A DNA stretch of 64,000 nucleotides, taken from assembly GCA_048885525.1 (NCBI GenBank), contig JBHLLP010000007.1, positions 50,956 to 114,955 of the forward strand, read 5' to 3'. The DNA comes from Candidatus Hermodarchaeota archaeon (GTDB lineage Archaea; Asgardarchaeota; Lokiarchaeia; Sigyniarchaeales; SOKP01). Under the pieces are notes generated by a model that worked only from the letters and a program-made list of their open reading frames with translations, ran no database searches and had not been told where the DNA came from. The translations under genes were made by a program, and so were the position numbers. Each line of letters starts with the position of its first letter. The stretch's first letter is position 1. This document shows, piece by piece, positions 1 through 10,397 of the stretch.

Positions 1-1420
1 GACTGGAACATTAACAGTAGGAAAACCAAAAGTATCAATAATTTTTTCTGAATCTGAATTGAAAGGATTAGGATATAATGAAGAACAAATGTTATTTTTT
101 GCTGGAAGTGCTGAACTAGGTTCTGAACACCCTCTTGGTAGAGCTATTATTGAGGAAGCAAACCAAAGAGGAATTTCACTCAAAACTCCTATAGAATTTG
201 ATGCAGTTCCAGGTAAAGGTCTAAAATCTTTAATAGAAGGGACACAGATTCTAATCGGAAACGAAAAATTAATGGATGAATATAAATTAATCATTGAGGA
301 AGATTATCAGAATAAATTTCACGAACTTCAGAAACAAGGAATTACAACAATACTCGTGGGTATTGAAAATCAAGTTAAGGGTATTATAGGTATCTCAGAT
401 AAAGTTAAAGAACAAGCACCTTACGCGCTAAATAAGTTAAGAGAAAATGGAATTGATATATATATGATTACTGGAGATAATATGCAAACTGCCCTTAGCA
501 TTGGAAACCAATTAAAAATCGATAAAGAACACATATTAGCCGAAGTATTACCAAATGATAAGGCATTAAACGTAGAAAAACTTCAACATTCTGGAAAAAA
601 TAGAATAGTTGCAATGGTTGGTGATGGAATTAATGATGCTCCTGCTTTAGCCCAAGCTGATGTTGGAATAGCAATTGGTTCGGGCACTGATGTTGCAATA
701 GAAACTGCAGATATAGTCTTAATGCGAGGAGATTTAAGAAATGTTGTATCAGCAATCAATCTTTCGAAAAAAACATATAAAAAAATGATAACAAATCTAT
801 TTTGGGCATTTATTTATAATTTGTTAGGGATTCCTCTTGCAGCTGGTGTTATATATGGATTTACTGGATTTCTATTACCCCCATATATGGCGGCAGTATT
901 TATGGCAACTAGTTCTGTATCCGTAGTAACTAACGCTTTATTCCTTAAAAGATATGAACCAAAAACTCCTCAACAAATTGAGGAAGAAAGATTATTAATC
1001 TCTCAAGAAAAAGTAAGAGATCCAGTATGTGGAATGGAAATTGATCCTAGAAAGGCAATTGAATATGAATATAAAGGTAAAATTTATCACTTTTGCAGTC
1101 CAAATTGTGAAATTCATTTTAAACGAGATCCTGAAAGATTTAAAAATTATGATGCAATGAATCCCAAACTTATGCAATTAAAAAGTCCTGAAGAAGGTAA
1201 AAAAGAAGAAATTGAAAATAACAAAATACAGAAAAAAGAGGAGGTAAAAAAAATGGGAAAATTAAAATGTGTGGAATGTGGATTAGAGCAAGATCTTCCA
1301 ATGCATTGTGGTCAAGCAATGCATAAAGAAGGTAATCAATTAGTTTGTTGGATGGGAGCTAGTTGTGGAGCTCAACCAATTCCAGAACATCATGGTAAAC
1401 AAATGGAAGTTATAGAATAA
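1..1420 (+). CDS. copA: Heavy-metal (Cu+) P1B-type ATPase, 5'-truncated by the window edge, with C-terminal YHS domain and Cys/His-rich tail
   Basis: Frame is open from position 2 (TGTLTVGKP, the tail of DKTGTLT). Motifs SEHPLG, MITGDN, GDGINDAPALA, YN in TM7 and MATSS in TM8 (CopA type). YHS-like DPVCGM...YHFCSPNC. Confidence 0.93.
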   Translation, partial: TGTLTVGKPKVSIIFSESELKGLGYNEEQMLFFAGSAELGSEHPLGRAIIEEANQRGISLKTPIEFDAVPGKGLKSLIEGTQILIGNEKLMDEYKLIIEEDYQNKFHELQKQGITTILVGIENQVKGIIGISDKVKEQAPYALNKLRENGIDIYMITGDNMQTALSIGNQLKIDKEHILAEVLPNDKALNVEKLQHSGKNRIVAMVGDGINDAPALAQADVGIAIGSGTDVAIETADIVLMRGDLRNVVSAINLSKKTYKKMITNLFWAFIYNLLGIPLAAGVIYGFTGFLLPPYMAAVFMATSSVSVVTNALFLKRYEPKTPQQIEEERLLISQEKVRDPVCGMEIDPRKAIEYEYKGKIYHFCSPNCEIHFKRDPERFKNYDAMNPKLMQLKSPEEGKKEEIENNKIQKKEEVKKMGKLKCVECGLEQDLPMHCGQAMHKEGNQLVCWMGASCGAQPIPEHHGKQMEVIE

Positions 1421-1439
1421 AACCGTAATAAAAAACGGA

Positions 1440-1631
1440 GTGAATATTGATAAATTGAAATTGAATTGTTGTATTTGCGGGAATTTAATGCAAACACTTC
1501 CCAATAGTAGCCAAGATATTATTATTGATGATGAGACGGGTGAAATATTATATTGGAACGGAGAAAAATGTGGTTACAGACCAATTGATTGTTTTGTCTG
1601 TGAGAAGTGTCAAGCAAAAGAGTGTTTATAA
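1440..1631 (+). CDS. Small Cys-rich, probably metal-binding protein
   Basis: 63 aa with CCICG...CG...CFVCEKC; directly downstream of copA and followed by a T-tract. Confidence 0.7.
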   Translation: MNIDKLKLNCCICGNLMQTLPNSSQDIIIDDETGEILYWNGEKCGYRPIDCFVCEKCQAKECL

Positions 1632-1632
1632 A

Positions 1633-1653
1633 TTTTTTTTTAATTTTTTTTTT
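1633..1653 (+). terminator. Oligo-T tract, probable archaeal terminator
   Basis: Two long T-runs immediately after the 1440..1631 stop codon. Confidence 0.45.
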
Positions 1654-1724
1654 CATAAATAACAATTATTAAAGCAAACTCTACTTATTTAAGCTCAAGT
1701 ATATAATGAATAACTTGATGCATA

Positions 1725-2723
1725 ATGAAATATTATTCAAATATTTTAAAATTAATTGGTAGGACCCCTTTAGTTAGGATTAATAAAAGTAATCCGAATC
1801 CAAATGTGTTAATGTTAGCAAAATTAGAGAAATATAATCCCTCTGGGTCTGTTAAAGACAGAATAGCAATTTCAATGATAGAAGAAGCCGAGAAAGAGGG
1901 AATATTAACACCAGAAAAAGTTATAATTGAACCAACTAGTGGAAATACGGGAATAGGGTTATCTTTAGTTTGTGCAGCAAAAGGTTACCCATTAGAAATA
2001 GTTATGCCTGAAACAATGTCAGTAGAAAGGCGTAAAATTATGACTGCTTATGGTGCGAAAATAACATTAACTCCAGGAGATAAAGGAATGGATGGAACTC
2101 AAGATTATGTGGAAGAAGTGGTAAAAAAAAATTCAGATAGATATTTCTTTCCTAATCAATATGCCAATAAGAATAATCCTTTAGCCCATTATAGATATAC
2201 AGCTGAAGAAATTATAGACGATACAGATGGAGAAATAGATGTGTTTATAGCAGGATTAGGTACTTCAGGTACATTAATGGGTGTATCTAAAAGATTAAAG
2301 GAATATAACCCTAAGGTTAAAATTATTGCAGTCGAACCTGAGAGTGAGACACCTATTCAAGGATTAAAGAATTTAGAGGTTTCATATGTACCCAAAATTT
2401 ATGATGAATCTCTAATAGATGAGAAAGTTTATGTGAAAGAGGAAGATGCTGAACATGCTTCTCGGATGCTTTCTCTGCAAGAAGGTATTTTTACAGGAAT
2501 AAGTTCTGGTGCAGCAATGCATGTAGCAATAAACACTGCTATTAAGATGAAATCTGGAACCCTCGTTGTTCTTTTACCAGATGGAGGAGAAAAATATATT
2601 AGCCACCCAATTTTCTATCCAGAGAAATGTCTTGAATGTACAAAAAAATGTAAGATTATGACCTTATGGGATGATAAATATATTGCTTCGATTTCGGAAT
2701 GGTGGCAAAGTAGAGATAAATAA
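1725..2723 (+). CDS. cysM: PLP-dependent cysteine synthase (CysK/CysM family)
   Basis: KLEKYNPSGSVKDR (PLP lysine), EPTSGNTGIG, GLGTSGT, GISSGA, LPDGGEKY. Confidence 0.88.
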   Translation: MKYYSNILKLIGRTPLVRINKSNPNPNVLMLAKLEKYNPSGSVKDRIAISMIEEAEKEGILTPEKVIIEPTSGNTGIGLSLVCAAKGYPLEIVMPETMSVERRKIMTAYGAKITLTPGDKGMDGTQDYVEEVVKKNSDRYFFPNQYANKNNPLAHYRYTAEEIIDDTDGEIDVFIAGLGTSGTLMGVSKRLKEYNPKVKIIAVEPESETPIQGLKNLEVSYVPKIYDESLIDEKVYVKEEDAEHASRMLSLQEGIFTGISSGAAMHVAINTAIKMKSGTLVVLLPDGGEKYISHPIFYPEKCLECTKKCKIMTLWDDKYIASISEWWQSRDK

Positions 2724-2742
2724 ATCTATTATATTAGGTTTT

Positions 2743-4041
2743 TTATTCTCCTTTTTTTTTCAATTTCAGCCATAATTCTAAAAATACAAAAATTAATAGA
2801 CCAATTAGACATAATAAAGCACCAATTAAGAAAGATATTTGATATGCAAATACTTTACTCTTACCTTGACTTATTAAGAAATCAATCAATGGTCCAGATA
2901 TAAGTGTTGAAGCTGTTCCCCATGATAGAAAGAAAGTTGTATTATATACAGCAAATAGTTTTGCTCGTATTTTTACTGGGATAAGTATCGATGCAATAGC
3001 ATAAGAAGCAGCATATATTATAACTTCAGCTGCACCTAATAAAAAACCTCCAAGAAACATAAAGCCTAAGACGTCTGCTAATGCTGTTATTATTAAGGCA
3101 ATAATCCCTATAGAAGTTCCTAATATTAGCGCCCTAGCATATCCTATTTTTTTACTCAAAAATCCTGCTGTAAATCCTATCATCATTAATGCAACTGAGC
3201 GTGTATTAGTTATAAAACTCAACATAATACTATCTACATTAAATCCTGAATCTAAAGAAAGGTATTGAGAATAGGGTACAGCTATGCTATTTCTCCCAAA
3301 ATTAATAAAAATTAATGCTATAATAAATACAATAAATTTTATTATGTTATCTCCATTTTTTGTTTCTACTTTTGATAAGTTCTCCTTATTCTGTAAATCT
3401 GTATCAATTCCACCTTCTGGTGTAAAAAACATTGGTATCGTTGAAATAAACATTACAAAAGAAGCTACAATAAAAAGGGGTCCGTTTCTAAATCCATAAC
3501 CTGAATCATATAAAAATCCACCAATGAAAATCCCAATAATACGCCCTAAACCACCAAGACTAGTTAATTGTCCCATAATTTTACTTCTTTTTTCAGAGGG
3601 ATATAAATCACTAATCAAGGCACTCCAACCTATATTAGACATCGACCAAAACATTTCAATGAGACTAAGGCCTATTATAATCACCCATCCAGCTATTAGA
3701 AAATTATTAAAAATAGAATGAACACCCCAAACAGTAATAGTACCTATTCCCGCTAAAATTTCTCCACAAATTATTAGAGTTCTTCGACGCTGGAATTTAT
3801 CACTTATCGGTCCCCAAACAAAATTCTGAAATATGACACTTATAAACATGGGAATACTGGCATAGAGTGATGTCATTGTAACAGATAAATTTAAGAATTC
3901 TCTCATATAGATCGATAAAAAGGTATAGAAAAGTCCTCTTCTAAACATGGCTAACATTTGAAATGATGACAATCCAGAAAAGATTCTTAATGATGTTTTA
4001 GACGATTCGTTTTCAAGCAATTTTACCATAATAACGGTCAA
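2743..4041 (-). CDS. MFS transporter
   Basis: About 12 hydrophobic segments; MFS motif A-like GPISDKFQRR. Confidence 0.85.
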   Translation of the reverse strand: MTVIMVKLLENESSKTSLRIFSGLSSFQMLAMFRRGLFYTFLSIYMREFLNLSVTMTSLYASIPMFISVIFQNFVWGPISDKFQRRRTLIICGEILAGIGTITVWGVHSIFNNFLIAGWVIIIGLSLIEMFWSMSNIGWSALISDLYPSEKRSKIMGQLTSLGGLGRIIGIFIGGFLYDSGYGFRNGPLFIVASFVMFISTIPMFFTPEGGIDTDLQNKENLSKVETKNGDNIIKFIVFIIALIFINFGRNSIAVPYSQYLSLDSGFNVDSIMLSFITNTRSVALMMIGFTAGFLSKKIGYARALILGTSIGIIALIITALADVLGFMFLGGFLLGAAEVIIYAASYAIASILIPVKIRAKLFAVYNTTFFLSWGTASTLISGPLIDFLISQGKSKVFAYQISFLIGALLCLIGLLIFVFLELWLKLKKKGE

Positions 4042-4176
4042 TATATATTTATATGTAATTAAAAGAAATGCTTTTTCTAAACTTTTCTAAAGATTTAAAC
4101 TTAGAGTAAATTTTTTTGGCAATTCAGATGAAATATTTTAAAAAGTAAAGGAATAAAGCAATGCATTTAGGATTTT

Positions 4177-6654
4177 TTAGGGTTTTAAAGAATTAGGTTT
4201 TTCGATTGCCTTAATCCAAGTATCTAACTGCTTTAATAATTTCTGTGTATTAGGTATCTGACTTACCTGTTCGGAATATAAGGGATAATATTTGTATAAG
4301 TTATTTAACATTTCTAGTAAAGATTTTTGACTTTTTGTGTGATTTGGCATGTCTTTTTTTAATTGAAAGAGATTTCTTTTTTCTCTCTTCGATTTTAGGG
4401 CTTTTATTAAGTTTTTAACAACAATTATTCTAAAAGTGGAATATTCCTCAGGTCTAAAATGTGCTAAGGAAAAATTCATACTGTCATCAGAAAAAGGAAA
4501 AAATATAATTTTCTTATCCTCCGGTTCCTCTGGATTGTCAATTAATGAAAATTCTAGGTCTGAATTACTTATTTTTTCTAAAATTAGATAGAATTCACCA
4601 GGAGTAACTTTAGTAACACGTTCAATTTGATTTGAAATTTCAGAAATAGGAAAATTAAATTCTGGTGTTTTTTCAGGATTCTCTAATCTATAAAGATATT
4701 CTTTTTTAATTATTTGCATAATTTGGTTTTCTATATCTTTAGCACGTCCTTCTGAAGTAAAAGAAATTTGAGTTTCCTTTAATTTTTTTTTAAGTTTTTC
4801 TTTATCTCTTTGTTTTTTATTATAATCAGAAGCTAAAGATGAAATAAAACTATCAGTAGGTCGATCAGTTGTTTCACCTTTAATTAATCTACTAGTTTTA
4901 CTCTTCTTCTCTACAGCTGTTTCATATAATCTTTCACTTAAGTACCTCCTAGCTTTCTGTTGAGCCACATATTTTTTCTCAAAACGTTCAGTTACCGAAA
5001 CAAAATCAATTATTTTCACACGCTTGCCTAGATCTTGTTTTTCTTCCCTTATTACAATATCCATGTCTTTCTTTACTAATTTATCCAACCTATCATAAAC
5101 ATTTCTTTTTGATAATTGAGTTGCTTTTATAAGCTCCCGTTCAATTATGTTAATTGGGTAAGCTTCACCCCTTCTGATATATTCATTCCTTATTATTTTA
5201 TAAATCTTATCCATGTTTCTCTCTTCTTCACTAACGGTCTCTTTCTGTAATCTCATAAACATCGAGGTTTCGTGAGGCTTTATATAATATACTAATAATG
5301 TGCTGCCTAGGAAAAAGATCATAAGCACTGATATAATATATTTATCCCACATTAAAATTACACCAATATCAGATATTATCTGATTTGGTATTTCACTTGC
5401 TAGAGAGAAACGTGTCAATGTTTGAGCAAATACACAAGCTAGACATAATAAAATTAAGCCATCTTTTTTGAAGATAAAAATACGCCAACCAAGGGTTTTA
5501 CCTAATTTCTTAACTATTCGATACAAAAAATACATTGATATGATGAATTCGAATACAAAAATGTATGAAACACCGGAGACTGTTGCGCCAGTTTTTGATT
5601 TGAAAGCAGAAATAGTCTCATCTTGAAGCAGCATATAAATACTAATTTGCAAAATTTGAAAGAAAAAAATAAAGAAAATAATCAACGCAAAAGTTAAATT
5701 ATCAAAAGTACCTGCTCTTTTAGTTTCAGCTCTTCTTCTTGTAGACACATATTCAAAGATAATGAATACTAATGTCATTACTAAACTAAAATATATTAAA
5801 GGCATGATCCTTCTCATTTCTAAATTATATACTGCAACAGCACTGCTCGGATCACTATCTCCAAAAAAATCTAAAGATAACCATACCAAGAAACTCCTAT
5901 AAAATAAAGAAATTACTACAAGCACACCAAGTATTATAAAAGGAATTATAATTGCCAAAAGATATCTAGGAATTGAATACTTTTTAATAAATCTTGCTTC
6001 TATTTTAGTTGAGAATTTTCTTGAATAAATATAAAATCTACTACTCAATAAGACCAACCAAATCATCGCTAGAGTCAATAAATAGCTTATTAAGTTGAAA
6101 GTTGTGCCAATATATAGAAAGAGAATAAAAATTAATACGATAAGCCCACAATATATTACCAATTGTTTAATAGCATGATTTTTTTCAAAAATGAAGATTC
6201 TAACTTTATCAATACTGAGTAATATGGATAAAATTAGAAAAAAAGCCACTAACGTATTTGAAAATGCAAAAGGATTTCCAAACGTTATGAAATTAACCCA
6301 TTGCCCTGGAAAGTTAATTGCTACAATTAAAACTAAAGAATATATAATAAATAGTGCATATAATCCAAAAAACCTTTTTTCGAAACTATATGATTTTGGT
6401 TCGTTTCCATCAATATAAACTTCTTGATGGACTATCTTATCATAAAAACTAGTTTTAAGTTTGGATTTTAAAGCATTGAGTTTCATTCCTTGTCTTGAGG
6501 AAAACTTATTAACCTTATGCTTAACACCTCTTTTTCCCAGTTTTGAGGTTTTCGGAAGTTTTAATGATTTAAATTTATCTTTCTTTTTCTTAGTTACTGT
6601 TTTATCTTCAGACATGTTTGACTTTTTTGAAGAATTAGAATGCTCGTCAGACAT
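4177..6654 (-). CDS. Multi-pass membrane protein with large cytoplasmic C-terminal region (possibly winged-helix)
   Basis: 825-aa ORF: basic N-terminus, about 10 TM segments, then two similar soluble segments (IIRNEYIRR..YPI / IIKKEYLYR..FPI). Confidence 0.75.
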   Translation of the reverse strand: MSDEHSNSSKKSNMSEDKTVTKKKKDKFKSLKLPKTSKLGKRGVKHKVNKFSSRQGMKLNALKSKLKTSFYDKIVHQEVYIDGNEPKSYSFEKRFFGLYALFIIYSLVLIVAINFPGQWVNFITFGNPFAFSNTLVAFFLILSILLSIDKVRIFIFEKNHAIKQLVIYCGLIVLIFILFLYIGTTFNLISYLLTLAMIWLVLLSSRFYIYSRKFSTKIEARFIKKYSIPRYLLAIIIPFIILGVLVVISLFYRSFLVWLSLDFFGDSDPSSAVAVYNLEMRRIMPLIYFSLVMTLVFIIFEYVSTRRRAETKRAGTFDNLTFALIIFFIFFFQILQISIYMLLQDETISAFKSKTGATVSGVSYIFVFEFIISMYFLYRIVKKLGKTLGWRIFIFKKDGLILLCLACVFAQTLTRFSLASEIPNQIISDIGVILMWDKYIISVLMIFFLGSTLLVYYIKPHETSMFMRLQKETVSEEERNMDKIYKIIRNEYIRRGEAYPINIIERELIKATQLSKRNVYDRLDKLVKKDMDIVIREEKQDLGKRVKIIDFVSVTERFEKKYVAQQKARRYLSERLYETAVEKKSKTSRLIKGETTDRPTDSFISSLASDYNKKQRDKEKLKKKLKETQISFTSEGRAKDIENQIMQIIKKEYLYRLENPEKTPEFNFPISEISNQIERVTKVTPGEFYLILEKISNSDLEFSLIDNPEEPEDKKIIFFPFSDDSMNFSLAHFRPEEYSTFRIIVVKNLIKALKSKREKRNLFQLKKDMPNHTKSQKSLLEMLNNLYKYYPLYSEQVSQIPNTQKLLKQLDTWIKAIEKPNSLKP

Positions 6655-6731
6655 TTTTTTAATAAAAAATTATTATAATTATATGTGTATATGAGAACTT
6701 TTAAAATTTCATAAAAGAAGAGGTTGTATTT

Positions 6732-6944
6732 ATAACAACAATTAAACTTAACATAATATCTCCAGTTTGTAGAACCGATAAAATATTGATATTTCCAACA
6801 TCTCCTATTTTAGAAGGAAAAGAAAAATTAACATCCATTTTTATTCATAAAGGCTTGGTATTTAATCATCAATTTCAATTTTTAATAGATAAGGAATTTA
6901 AAATTCAAAGATATCAGATTATAGACCAAAATGAAATTGATTAA
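6732..6944 (+). pseudogene. Unannotated ORF, degenerate copy of a lokiarchaeal-type small zinc-finger domain
   Basis: Open frame ITTIKLNIISPVCRTDK...IHKGLVFNHQFQFLIDKEFKIQRYQIID. It begins at ATA behind a GAGGT SD-like motif and has no N-terminal ATG. Expected Cys ligands look substituted. Confidence 0.45.
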
Positions 6945-7032
6945 ATTAATATTTATTATAATTCAATTTCTAAATGTAAATTTTAAAAATATTCGGATAT
7001 AAAATTAAATATAGTCATTACACTTTGTTACT

Positions 7033-7317
7033 TTGAATATGGAAAATAAACAATTAGAAAGCAGAGAAAGTCTGATTAGGTTAGTAAAGAAAGCTATTGA
7101 ATTACTTTGTGAAAAAAATATCTCAAATGTTGTTATTCTCTCATCTTATAAAATTAATTCTGTTTTGAAAGAAAGTTACGGAGTCGATATCAAGGTTGAC
7201 AAAATCGGTCGAATTTTAAGCAAAGTTGCTAAATTAAATGAATTGAAAAGGCTCAGTACGAATATTCCTAAATATAAGTTACAAATTTCAAAAGTTTCGA
7301 GTTTGCAGTTCTTTTAA
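7033..7317 (+). CDS. Small basic hypothetical protein (possible winged-helix)
   Basis: 94-aa ORF, basic, with helix-turn-helix-like pattern. Confidence 0.65.
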   Translation: MNMENKQLESRESLIRLVKKAIELLCEKNISNVVILSSYKINSVLKESYGVDIKVDKIGRILSKVAKLNELKRLSTNIPKYKLQISKVSSLQFF

Positions 7318-7319
7318 AC

Positions 7320-8699
7320 TTATTTTTGAGTTAAATTTCGAAATTCAGTAATAGTCTTTTGGAGCTTTTCTAATAAATCCTTTACTTGACTGTTGAATTC
7401 TTTTAATGGAATCATTTCAGTGTTCAATTTTTCAATCTTCTCATCAATTTTTGACTGGAATGGTGCTATTGAATTCTTTATCTTCTTTTCTATACCTTGA
7501 GATAAATAATTTAGTCGATCATCCATATTTGTTATATAAGATTTGAGATTTTCCATTTTTTCTTCGAATTCTGAATTTACTTGAAAACTGTTTTCAACTT
7601 TTCCCTTCAATAAATATATTAAATTTTCAAGTTTAGTTTTAATTTCTAGGAAATTATCACCAATGAGATTTTTTAAATTACTTAAAAGTTCATTTTTGGT
7701 ATCGGAAACACTTTTTGTGAGTTCTTTATTGCGAAGAACACGTGAGTTGACATAATTAAAAACACTCTTTTTAAACTCATTTGCTGTATCATTCAAAGTC
7801 TTATTAAACCAATTATCTACTTTAATTAGCCCCAATGATATCGCTTCATTCATTTTATTCACTGCTTTATTTATATATTCAGATCCTTTAGAAGTTCCTT
7901 GATCTATGTCTTTAATCCATTCTCCCATTTGATTTTTGGTTATCGCTATAAGCATTTCGGAGAGTTTCTCTGTTCCATCTTGAAAACCTGAATCTAGGGA
8001 TGTCAAATCTAGAATTTTATCAAGTTCTCCTTCAATAGTCTGGGTATCTTCAGAGATTGGGATTTCTTGTAAATCACTTGGAATTGGTTCAACAAATTCA
8101 TTTATTTCTTTAATAAGAATTGGATTCCTTTTCTGAAAGTCTTCTGAGAATTTTTGAATCCATTTAAAATACTCTAATGAATTAGGTATTTCAACTTCAA
8201 AAGGTACAATATGATATTCGTCAGGTTTCATATAGGCATCTAATCTAAAAGCTTCAAATCCCAGACCTCCATCTTTGCCCATTAGTGTATGATCAAATAC
8301 TATACAAAAACCATTTGGAAAATTTTCATTTTGAAAGTATTGAATATTCTTTAAATCACTTTCTGAGAGATATAACCCCCAGGAAGGATGAGAATGGTAA
8401 TATCCTATTAACTCTGTTGAGTATTTTTTCCCAATCTGAGTAAGTAATTCATATATATCTTTATCGAATCCAATTTCTACTTTATCTCCATGAATTAGGG
8501 GTATCGCATTTTCCATAATGAGTTTATCAGTAGATGAATCATATTTTCCAATGCAGACTCCCAATACTTCGATACTTTTTTCTAATGCGTTATTACCAAA
8601 ACGTAAAACATGAGTAAGCATATTTCTGAAAGCTTCTTTTTTAATGAAAATATCTTTTTCTTTCTGATTTGATTTTTCCTTTGGTTGATTTTCATTCAA
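7320..8699 (-). CDS. MPN+/JAMM metalloprotease domain + long coiled-coil
   Basis: EVLG...GYYHSHPSWGLYLSESD fits E...HxH-x7-S-x2-D; heptad-rich C-terminal half. Confidence 0.88.
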   Translation of the reverse strand: MNENQPKEKSNQKEKDIFIKKEAFRNMLTHVLRFGNNALEKSIEVLGVCIGKYDSSTDKLIMENAIPLIHGDKVEIGFDKDIYELLTQIGKKYSTELIGYYHSHPSWGLYLSESDLKNIQYFQNENFPNGFCIVFDHTLMGKDGGLGFEAFRLDAYMKPDEYHIVPFEVEIPNSLEYFKWIQKFSEDFQKRNPILIKEINEFVEPIPSDLQEIPISEDTQTIEGELDKILDLTSLDSGFQDGTEKLSEMLIAITKNQMGEWIKDIDQGTSKGSEYINKAVNKMNEAISLGLIKVDNWFNKTLNDTANEFKKSVFNYVNSRVLRNKELTKSVSDTKNELLSNLKNLIGDNFLEIKTKLENLIYLLKGKVENSFQVNSEFEEKMENLKSYITNMDDRLNYLSQGIEKKIKNSIAPFQSKIDEKIEKLNTEMIPLKEFNSQVKDLLEKLQKTITEFRNLTQK

Positions 8700-8705
8700 T
8701 TATTC

Positions 8706-10172
8706 TTATCCCTCTTTTTTATCTAATTTTTCTATCTTATCTAATAGCTCTTGATTTTTGCTTTTTAATTCTGCAATGGTTTTTTGAAGATTTTTAATTT
8801 CAATTTCTTGTGTGTCTAATTTATGCTTCAGCGGTGTTTTTGAGTTCTCTAATAAAATTATAGCAGCCTTTAAATCTGATAGAAAATTTTTAGCTTCTTT
8901 ATTTTGATTGATAAAATTTCCAATAACCTTATTGGTATTTTTTATAAAATTACTGGACATTCCTTCCATACCGTTATTTAAAATCTCTATAATTTCGTTT
9001 TCCATTAAATTAAAATTCTCTACTAAACTTTTTAAAATAAGTTTTTGCTCATCCAAACTTTCAGAGAATTTTAGGGCTGTAGAATTTACTTCTGATAATT
9101 TAGTTATTTGTTCATTAAATTGAAGCACAAAATTATTAATACTTTTCAGTAGTTCTTCTTTTAGAATTAATTTGAATTGTTGATTGAGTTCAGACTCGAT
9201 ATCTTTAAAGATGCTTTTAAAAGATTCTTGATCTGAATCAAATTCCTCGAATTTATCATCAATGTACATATCTAATTCATTTAATTTTTCTTTTAATGAA
9301 AATTTATAATCTTTTTGTAGCTTAGAAATCCCTTCACTTAGTTTGTTTTTTATAGCAATCAAATCTTTTCTCAATAGTAAATTTTTCTCAACAATATTCC
9401 GGATCATATTTTCACTCCACGAATTAAGTAATAAGATTAGCGGTGCGACGGATAACTCCAAGAATTTTGTTAAGGCAGTATTGATTGTAGAGAGAATTCT
9501 AGTAGAGTCTAAATCAGGCTTCTTTGCTAAAATCTGACTTTCACTTGGAAATGTGATATCTCCAAACAAATCGGGCATTTCATTTATTTCTAATATGGGG
9601 GGTTCTTTAGAGTGAACACAATTTATTAATTCAATTAATTTTAAATAATATTCAATACTATCTGGGGGCTCAATAATTGTTTTTACTTCATGATAACCAG
9701 ACATTTGTCCTTTTGCTGGATTATCTAATCTAAAGGTACGAAATCCTAAATCCCCGGGAGTTTCTAGATGTGCGTGGTCGAAAACAATTCCAACCGCACT
9801 TGGATTAGGAGTTTGCCACCCTAATTGGTTTCTTATATCCGTAGATGAGAAGAATATATCTAATCCGGGGTGAGAATGATACCATCCACAACTAAACCAA
9901 CCTTTTTCTGAATACTCAGCATCCACCATAGAAAATGTTACATAATCCTCTGGGGCAAAAGCAACTTCAATTGCACCCCCATGTGAAATAGGAATAGCAT
10001 CTTCGATTATAACATCTCTAATTCCTTTCTTATCTGGTTCACCCTCTAGATGACCAATGATTATTCCCATTACTTCTTTATACTGCTTTCGATCTCTTGC
10101 TTTATTTCCAAACCGGAGGACATGTATAAGCATTTTATAATAAGCTTCTGATTTAATAATAACAAAGCTCAA
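8706..10172 (-). CDS. MPN+/JAMM metalloprotease domain + long coiled-coil
   Basis: EVMG...GWYHSHPGLDIFFSSTD (Rpn11/Csn5-like); coiled-coil C-terminus. Confidence 0.9.
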   Translation of the reverse strand: MSFVIIKSEAYYKMLIHVLRFGNKARDRKQYKEVMGIIIGHLEGEPDKKGIRDVIIEDAIPISHGGAIEVAFAPEDYVTFSMVDAEYSEKGWFSCGWYHSHPGLDIFFSSTDIRNQLGWQTPNPSAVGIVFDHAHLETPGDLGFRTFRLDNPAKGQMSGYHEVKTIIEPPDSIEYYLKLIELINCVHSKEPPILEINEMPDLFGDITFPSESQILAKKPDLDSTRILSTINTALTKFLELSVAPLILLLNSWSENMIRNIVEKNLLLRKDLIAIKNKLSEGISKLQKDYKFSLKEKLNELDMYIDDKFEEFDSDQESFKSIFKDIESELNQQFKLILKEELLKSINNFVLQFNEQITKLSEVNSTALKFSESLDEQKLILKSLVENFNLMENEIIEILNNGMEGMSSNFIKNTNKVIGNFINQNKEAKNFLSDLKAAIILLENSKTPLKHKLDTQEIEIKNLQKTIAELKSKNQELLDKIEKLDKKEG

Positions 10173-10397
10173 TTAGAATCACCATTTATATATTAGATTT
10201 AGTTTGTTAATGATCTATATATAGTTTAATTGGTTTTAAATATTTGAATAAAAATTGAAAATTAAATCTATTCTTTTAATTTATTCTCTGTTCTATTTTC
10301 TTTTTCAGAATAGACTTTAATTATACTTTCTTATTCTCTTAGTATTTTTAAATCAAATAATAAATAAAGCCAGAAACAGAAATTTTTCTTTAAATTA

